A stretch of DNA of 64,000 nucleotides from Candidatus Rokuibacteriota bacterium (GTDB lineage: Bacteria; Methylomirabilota; Methylomirabilia; Rokubacteriales; CSP1-6), in contig QHTE01000062.1 of the NCBI GenBank assembly GCA_003220685.1, forward strand, positions 5,624-69,623. The letters are read 5' to 3'. How positions within the stretch are numbered: the stretch's first letter is position 1; every line of letters begins with the position of its first letter. The translations under genes and the position numbers were made by a program. The notes under the pieces are model-generated. The model saw only the letters and a list, made by a program, of their open reading frames with translations. It was not told the DNA's origin and did no database searches. This document shows, in pieces, positions 58,854 to 64,000 of this stretch.

Positions 58854-60938
58854 CTAGTGCTTCTCGGCCTTCTCCCGCTCCGCCTTGGCCTCCTTGATGA
58901 CCTTCTCGGCGAGGAAGGACGGAACTTCTTCATAGTGCGAGAACTCCATCGAGTATCCGCCCCGGCCGCCCGTCATCGAGCGCAGGCTCGACTCGTAGGT
59001 CAGCATCTCGGCCATCGGCGCCACCGCGCGCACCGCCGCCGTCTCGCCCGCCGGCTCCATGCCGACGATCCGCCCGCGCCGCGAGTTGAGGTCGCCGATG
59101 ACGTCGCCGGCGTGATCCGCGGGGGTCGTGACCTCCACGTTCATGATCGGCTCGAGCAGGATCGGCCGGGCGTCCATGAAGACCTTCTGCAGGCCCATCG
59201 AGGCCGCGATCTGGAACGCCATGTCCGAGGAGTCGACGTCGTGATAGGAGCCGTCGTAGAGCGTGACCTTCATGTCCACGACCGGGTAGCCGGCGAGGAT
59301 CCCCTTCTTCATGCAATCGCGCACGCCCTTCTCGACGGACGGAATGAAGTTGCGGGGCACGGCGCCGCCGAAGATGTCGTCGACGAACTCGAACCCGCCG
59401 CCCCGCTGCAGGGGCTCGACCCGCAGCCAGGTGTCGCCGTACTGGCCGCGCCCGCCCGTCTGCTTCTTGTACTTGCCCTGGCCCTCGGCGCGCCCCTTCA
59501 CGGTCTCCTTGTAGGGGATGCGCGGCGGGAGCAGGTTCACCTCGACGTTGTACTTGCGCTTCATGCGCTCGACGACCATCTCGACGTGGAGGCTGCCCAC
59601 ACCCGAGACCAGCAGCTGCTTGGTCTCCGGGTCGAAGTGGTAGTGGACGGTCGGATCCTCTTCGGCGATCCGCGCCAGCGCGTTGGAGATCTTGTCCTCG
59701 TCGCCGCGGGTCTTCGGCTGGATGGCGAACGAGATCGCCGCCTCCGGGAACGTGATCTTCGGCAGCTCGAACGGCTGCGCCTCTTCGGTCAGCGTGTCGC
59801 CCGTCTGCGTCTCCTTCAGCTTCTGGGCGACGCCGATCTCGCCCGACCCGAGCGCCTCGACGTTCTTCTGCGTCTTGCCCTGCAGCCAGGAAATGTGGCC
59901 CATGCGCTCGCGGGCGCTGTGCGCCGGGTTGAACAAGGTCGAGTCGGCCCTGAGGGTGCCGGTCATGACGCGGAAGAGCGAGAGCTTGCCGATGTGAGGG
60001 TCGCTGAGGGTCTTGAACACCAGGGCCGTCACCGGGCCCTTCGCGTCCACGGTCCGCGTCGCCGCCTGCTTGGTCTTGAGATCCGTGCCCGCGATCTCGG
60101 CCCGATCGGCCGGCGACGGCAGCGAGTCGACGATCAGGTCGAGCAGCCCGTGGACGCCGATCGATTTCGACGCGGCGGCGCACACCACGGGCATCAGCTT
60201 GCCCTCGGAGATACCCATGCGCAGCGCCTTCAGCATCTCGGGCTCCCCGAGCGAGCCCTCCTCGAGATACTTGGCGAGCAGGTCGTCGTCGGTCTCGGCG
60301 GCGGCCTCGACGAGCTTCTCGCGATATTCCTTCGCCCGGGCGGCGAGGTCCGCGGGGATTTCACCCTCGGCGGGCTTGTTGCCCGACAGGGTGACCGCCT
60401 TCATCTTGACGAGATCCACGAAGCCGCGGAACGCCGACTCCTCCCCGATGGGCACGTGCAGCGCGACCAGCCGCCCCTTCAGTCGTTTCCCGAGCGACTC
60501 GAAGGTGCGGAAAAAGTCGGCGCGCTCGCGGTCGAGGCGGTTGACCACGACCACGCGCGGCAGGTTGTATTCGGTCGCGAATTTCCAGACCTTCTCGGTC
60601 TGAACCTGGACCCCCGACACCGCATCGACGATCACGACCGCCGCCTCGACGACCCGGAGGCCGGCGCGGGCGTCGGCGATGAAGTCTCCGTATCCGGGGG
60701 TGTCGACAAGATTGACGTGGTGGCTCTTCCAGTCGCAGTACGCGACCGAGGTGTTGATCGAGATTTTCCGCCTGATTTCGTCGGGATCGAAGTCGGTCGT
60801 GGTCGAGCCGTCGTCCACCCGGCCCAGGCGCGTGACGGCGCCGGCGGCGAACAGCATGGCTTCGACGAGGGATGTTTTGCCGACGCCGCCGTGACCGACG
60901 ACGCCGACGTTCCGGATCTTCCCGATCTCGATCGCCAT
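58854..60938 (-). CDS. elongation factor G family GTPase (EF-G paralog)
   Basis: 694 aa. Has VGHGGVGKTSL, DTPGYGDF and NRLD motifs and a full five-domain length. Confidence 0.9.
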   Translation of the reverse strand: MAIEIGKIRNVGVVGHGGVGKTSLVEAMLFAAGAVTRLGRVDDGSTTTDFDPDEIRRKISINTSVAYCDWKSHHVNLVDTPGYGDFIADARAGLRVVEAAVVIVDAVSGVQVQTEKVWKFATEYNLPRVVVVNRLDRERADFFRTFESLGKRLKGRLVALHVPIGEESAFRGFVDLVKMKAVTLSGNKPAEGEIPADLAARAKEYREKLVEAAAETDDDLLAKYLEEGSLGEPEMLKALRMGISEGKLMPVVCAAASKSIGVHGLLDLIVDSLPSPADRAEIAGTDLKTKQAATRTVDAKGPVTALVFKTLSDPHIGKLSLFRVMTGTLRADSTLFNPAHSARERMGHISWLQGKTQKNVEALGSGEIGVAQKLKETQTGDTLTEEAQPFELPKITFPEAAISFAIQPKTRGDEDKISNALARIAEEDPTVHYHFDPETKQLLVSGVGSLHVEMVVERMKRKYNVEVNLLPPRIPYKETVKGRAEGQGKYKKQTGGRGQYGDTWLRVEPLQRGGGFEFVDDIFGGAVPRNFIPSVEKGVRDCMKKGILAGYPVVDMKVTLYDGSYHDVDSSDMAFQIAASMGLQKVFMDARPILLEPIMNVEVTTPADHAGDVIGDLNSRRGRIVGMEPAGETAAVRAVAPMAEMLTYESSLRSMTGGRGGYSMEFSHYEEVPSFLAEKVIKEAKAEREKAEKH

Positions 60939-61002
60939 CAGCAGGCCTCCCTAGAACGAGCGATGCGGTGGAGCAGATGCTACCACCGAAGGCAGGAGGC
61001 TG

Positions 61003-62238
61003 TTAAGCCCCGACCGCGCGCCGGACCTGGGCCAGGATTTCCTCGTCCGAGCCGGCCAGATCGGTCGGCGCGCCGAGCGCGGGCGGCTCGTATTTGAGGC
61101 CGGCCCCGGTGAAGATCAGCATGATCTCGGCGTCGCGAAGCGCCTCGCCGCGGTCCTTGAGCTGGCCGAGGGCGGCGACGAGCGCGGCCGACTCCGGAGC
61201 GGTCCAGATCCCCTCGGTGCGGGCCACGAGCCGCTGGGCCTCCTGGATGGCGGTCTCACTCACGGCTACCGCGCCGCCGCGGGTGTCGCGAAGGATGCGC
61301 AGCATCTGCCGCCCGGCGAATGGTGACGGCACCCGCAGGCCGGCGGCATGCGTCGTCGGGTTCTCCCACGCGATGGTCGCCTCCGCCCCGGCGGCGAACG
61401 CCCTGACCACGGGAGCGCAGCCCTCCGCCTGCACGGCGAAGAAGCGCGGAAGCGCGCCGGCCAGCCAGCCCATCGCGATCAGCTCCTCGTAGCCCTTGGG
61501 AATGCCGACCAGGCCGGTGCCGCCGCCCGTCGGATAGAGCAGGACGTCGGGCATCCGCCAGTCGAGCTGCTCGGCCAGCTCGAGGCCGATCGTCTTCTTG
61601 CCTTCGAGCCGGTAGGGTTCCTTGAGCGTCGAGAGATCGAACCAGCCGACCTGGGGCGCGACCTTGGCGACCACCCGCCCGGCCGTCGCGATCGAGCCCT
61701 CGATCGTGAAGACGTGGGCGCCGGCGATCTGAGCCTCGGCGACGGCCGCGGGCGGCGTCCCGCGCGGCACGATGACGACGCACGGCAGGCCGCACCGCGC
61801 GGCGTAGACCGCCGCCGCACCGCCCGCGTTGCCGGCGGAGGGAATCACGAAGCCCCGCGCACCGAGCGTGCGCGCGCGCGTGATGGCCATGCCGAGACCG
61901 CGGGCCTTGAACGATCCGGTCGGGTTCTGGCCGTCGTCCTTCGCCCACAGCTTGCGGACGCCGAGATGGGCGGCGAGCCGCGGAAGCTCGAGCAGCGGCG
62001 TTCCACCCTCGCCGAGCGTCACGCGCTCTTCGGAATCGTCGACCGGTGTCAGCTCGCGGAACCGGTACATGCCGGGCGCGCGCCGTCGGAGCGCGTCCTT
62101 CGTCACGCTCGCGGCGACGCGCGGCAGGTCGTAGCGGACGGCGAGCATCTGGCCGCACTTGTCGCAGACGGTCAGCAACCGCTTGGCGTCGTGGTGGGCG
62201 CCGCAGATCGTGCACTCGACGTGGCTGACGAAGCTCAT
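61003..62238 (-). CDS. thrC: threonine synthase with N-terminal zinc ribbon
   Basis: 411 aa. Has CTICG...CDKCG and the PLP-lysine motif NPTGSFKARG. Confidence 0.85.
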   Translation of the reverse strand: MSFVSHVECTICGAHHDAKRLLTVCDKCGQMLAVRYDLPRVAASVTKDALRRRAPGMYRFRELTPVDDSEERVTLGEGGTPLLELPRLAAHLGVRKLWAKDDGQNPTGSFKARGLGMAITRARTLGARGFVIPSAGNAGGAAAVYAARCGLPCVVIVPRGTPPAAVAEAQIAGAHVFTIEGSIATAGRVVAKVAPQVGWFDLSTLKEPYRLEGKKTIGLELAEQLDWRMPDVLLYPTGGGTGLVGIPKGYEELIAMGWLAGALPRFFAVQAEGCAPVVRAFAAGAEATIAWENPTTHAAGLRVPSPFAGRQMLRILRDTRGGAVAVSETAIQEAQRLVARTEGIWTAPESAALVAALGQLKDRGEALRDAEIMLIFTGAGLKYEPPALGAPTDLAGSDEEILAQVRRAVGA

Positions 62239-62269
62239 CGGGCTCCTCTCATCCCGTAACTATATCCGC

Positions 62270-64000
62270 TCACTCCAGGGTCGCGAGCTCGGCCTCCGCC
62301 CGAGCCATCCAGTAGGTCATGTCCATGGCGCGGTACTCCGCGAGCGCGGCCGCCATCTCGGCCCGCGCGCGGGATGACTCCCCCTCCCTCTGATGCGCCC
62401 GGCCCAAACCGAGCCGGCAATGAGCGAGCAGGGGTCGCATCCCGCGCTCGGCGGCCAGCACAATCGCGGCGCCGAAGGCGGCGCGTGCGGCGGCGACGTC
62501 GGATCGATCTCGGCGCAGGGCGATCTCGCCGACCAGACGCAAGGTCCACGCCTCCCATCCTCGCTGGCCGTGGTGTCGGCACAGTCCGAGAGCCCGATCA
62601 GTCTCTCGGGCAGCGGCGTCGACGTGGCCGCCCAACAGCTTCGCCTCGCCGAGCGTCGCGACGACCAGCGCGTGCCCGTATGCGAATCCGATCGAGCCGG
62701 CGTGACGGTCCGCACGCTCGAGCATCGCGACCGCCTCCTCGAGCCGTCCGGCGAGGGCGTACGCGCCTCCGAGCGAGGTGGCGGTGCGGGAAAAGTAGAC
62801 GGCGAGGTCGCCTCCGACCTCGCACATCGGCAGCCCTTGCTCGAGTACCTCGATGGCCCGCGTGAAATCGCTCTTCACGAGGTAAAGCCGCCCGACACCC
62901 AGATGAGCCCAGACGTCACCGTGCCGCCCGAGCTCTGCGGCCGACACTCTCAGAGCCTCGTCACTCCGGCGGACCGCTTCGGCGAACTCTCCCAGCTCGG
63001 CGAGGGCGAGCACCCCCCAGATCCGGGTGAACGAGAGATTATGGACGCGGTCCTGCCCGGCAGGCAGCTCCTGAACTGCCGGGCGGTCTCTCGGGCCGAT
63101 CGGGCGGACCGGCGTTCCGAGCGCGAGCGCATCGTTCTCGCGCACGGCCTCCATCGCTTCCCGATAATCTCCGCGGGCATAGAGTGCCCGTGCCCGCACT
63201 ACGTTGCTCGAGAAGTGGGAGCGGGAGTCGGCCAGCTCGAGCGCGATCGCCCGTGCCCGGTTGGCATTCTCGGTCGCGCCGTCGAGGTCGCCGAGCGAAC
63301 CCAGGTTGTAGGCGAATCGACCGAAAACCCGGCCGAGCCGCCGTCGATCGCCGAGACCCCGCGCGAGAACCTCCGCCTCGCGAAGCCCGTCGAGACTCTG
63401 ACGGAACTCGCCGAGCCCCATCAGCGCCGTCTCCTTGTGCAGGATCGTATCGATGACACGCTCGGAGCGGCCTCGGGCCTCCGAAAGATTTGCGAGGCTC
63501 CGCAGAGCCTCGTCGAAGCAGGCGACGGCCTCGCGATTGGCCGCACGCTCCCTCGCAGCGAAGCCGGCGTTGCCGAGGTACTGTGCTGCGGGGTCCCACA
63601 TCTCGGCGTCGCGGTAGTGCAGCCCGAGAGCCAGCGCGTGCGCGTCGAGGTCGCCAGCGTAGAGCGCTTCGATCCCCTCGGCGACTCTGCGATGGAGCAG
63701 CTTGCGCCGCGGCGCGAGGATGCGAGCGCGCGCGACCTCGCGGATCCGGTCGTGGATGAAGTCGAACCGCTCGCCGCGACCCTGCTGGAGCACGCCGCGG
63801 CGCACGAGCTCCTCGACCCCGGCCGCGGCCTCCTCTTCATCGATCATGGCCGCCCGCTGAAGGAGTGAGAACTCGAATTCGCGGCCGATTACCGCCGCGA
63901 CGGCCGAGAGCGCCTGCCCGCGGTCGGACAGTCGCTCCAGACGCCGGCCGACGATCTCACGGACTCGCTCCGGAATCGCCAGTCCTGAGCCGTGCGCGAC
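62270..64000 (-). CDS. C-terminal part of a large ATPase/TPR-type regulator (AAA_16-TPR architecture), truncated by the window edge
   Basis: The reading frame stays open to position 64000 (…PERVREIVGRRLERLSDRGQALSAVAAVIGREFEF…). It is followed by TPR-like helical repeats. Confidence 0.65.
   Translation of the reverse strand, partial: VAHGSGLAIPERVREIVGRRLERLSDRGQALSAVAAVIGREFEFSLLQRAAMIDEEEAAAGVEELVRRGVLQQGRGERFDFIHDRIREVARARILAPRRKLLHRRVAEGIEALYAGDLDAHALALGLHYRDAEMWDPAAQYLGNAGFAARERAANREAVACFDEALRSLANLSEARGRSERVIDTILHKETALMGLGEFRQSLDGLREAEVLARGLGDRRRLGRVFGRFAYNLGSLGDLDGATENANRARAIALELADSRSHFSSNVVRARALYARGDYREAMEAVRENDALALGTPVRPIGPRDRPAVQELPAGQDRVHNLSFTRIWGVLALAELGEFAEAVRRSDEALRVSAAELGRHGDVWAHLGVGRLYLVKSDFTRAIEVLEQGLPMCEVGGDLAVYFSRTATSLGGAYALAGRLEEAVAMLERADRHAGSIGFAYGHALVVATLGEAKLLGGHVDAAARETDRALGLCRHHGQRGWEAWTLRLVGEIALRRDRSDVAAARAAFGAAIVLAAERGMRPLLAHCRLGLGRAHQREGESSRARAEMAAALAEYRAMDMTYWMARAEAELATLE

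Noticed and set aside
58854-60938. The EF-G-like GTPase near the Sec-redoxin, considered as a possible SelB.
   Set aside because: It has full EF-G length and domain order (694 aa, G domain plus domains II-V signatures). It lacks the SelB-type winged-helix C-terminus. It is an EF-G paralog, so it gives no evidence for Sec machinery within this window.
60939-61002. Hairpin CGGTGG-N11-CCACCG between thrC and the EF-G gene, considered as an intrinsic terminator.
   Set aside because: The stem is short, the loop is large and there is no U-tract. It cannot be distinguished from chance GC pairing by eye.

Overview
This is a high-GC, densely coding bacterial chromosomal segment. I recognised no rRNA, tRNA, CRISPR array, transposase or integrase. 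All calls come from reading the supplied translations and the DNA by eye (motifs, domain order, start/stop geometry). No database search, HMM or folding program was run.

Layout:
- (1) 0-13.8 kb holds mixed housekeeping and accessory genes: methyltransferase, glycosyltransferase, F420/LLM oxidoreductase, aldolase-SDR fusion, FGE-like protein, a sugar ABC system and a Glt-type amino-acid ABC system.
- (2) 13.8-27.4 kb is one uninterrupted minus-strand array of 14 tightly packed or overlapping genes: mdh, fumarase alpha, monomeric icd, fumarase beta, sdhCAB, sucC, a small secreted ORF, sucD, ndk, crotonase, and an acyl-CoA carboxylase alpha subunit split into BC and BCCP parts.
- (3) 27.5-32.6 kb carries a second, atypical succinate/fumarate oxidoreductase-like set. 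Its flavoprotein has Cys in place of the flavinylation His. It also contains a SnoaL/NTF2 gene, one small anchor, an Fe-S subunit translationally coupled to a creatininase-family hydrolase, and a lipoprotein.
- (4) 32.7-39.9 kb holds lipoprotein and DUF6600-like genes, a visibly lower-GC MerR-MFS-LmbE block, and a LysR regulator divergent from a tiny 8-Cys ORF plus an isocitrate-lyase/PEP-mutase family gene.
- (5) 39.9-58.8 kb is a sulfur-oxidation island. It has soxY-soxZ-soxXA(fused)-soxB-DsrE-like-redoxin, a second inverted soxXA fusion, and a 7-gene operon: persulfide dioxygenase-rhodanese, YeeE, fccBA, TauE, an FeS-NrfD fusion and a Tat-less molybdoenzyme.
- (6) 58.9-64 kb holds an EF-G paralog, thrC and a partial large ATPase/TPR regulator.

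Best candidates for novelty:
- The redoxin closing the sox operon has an in-frame TGA exactly at the first Cys of its CxxC motif (U-P-Y-C), followed by a SECIS-like hairpin. I predict it is a selenoprotein.
- The Soe-like cytoplasmic molybdoenzyme has a fused FeS+NrfD subunit and an inverted gene order.
- The second SDH/FRD-like module sits with non-respiratory partners.

The window also carries an unusual number of deletion or frameshift scars. Six genes are affected. These are either real gene decay or assembly and consensus artefacts.
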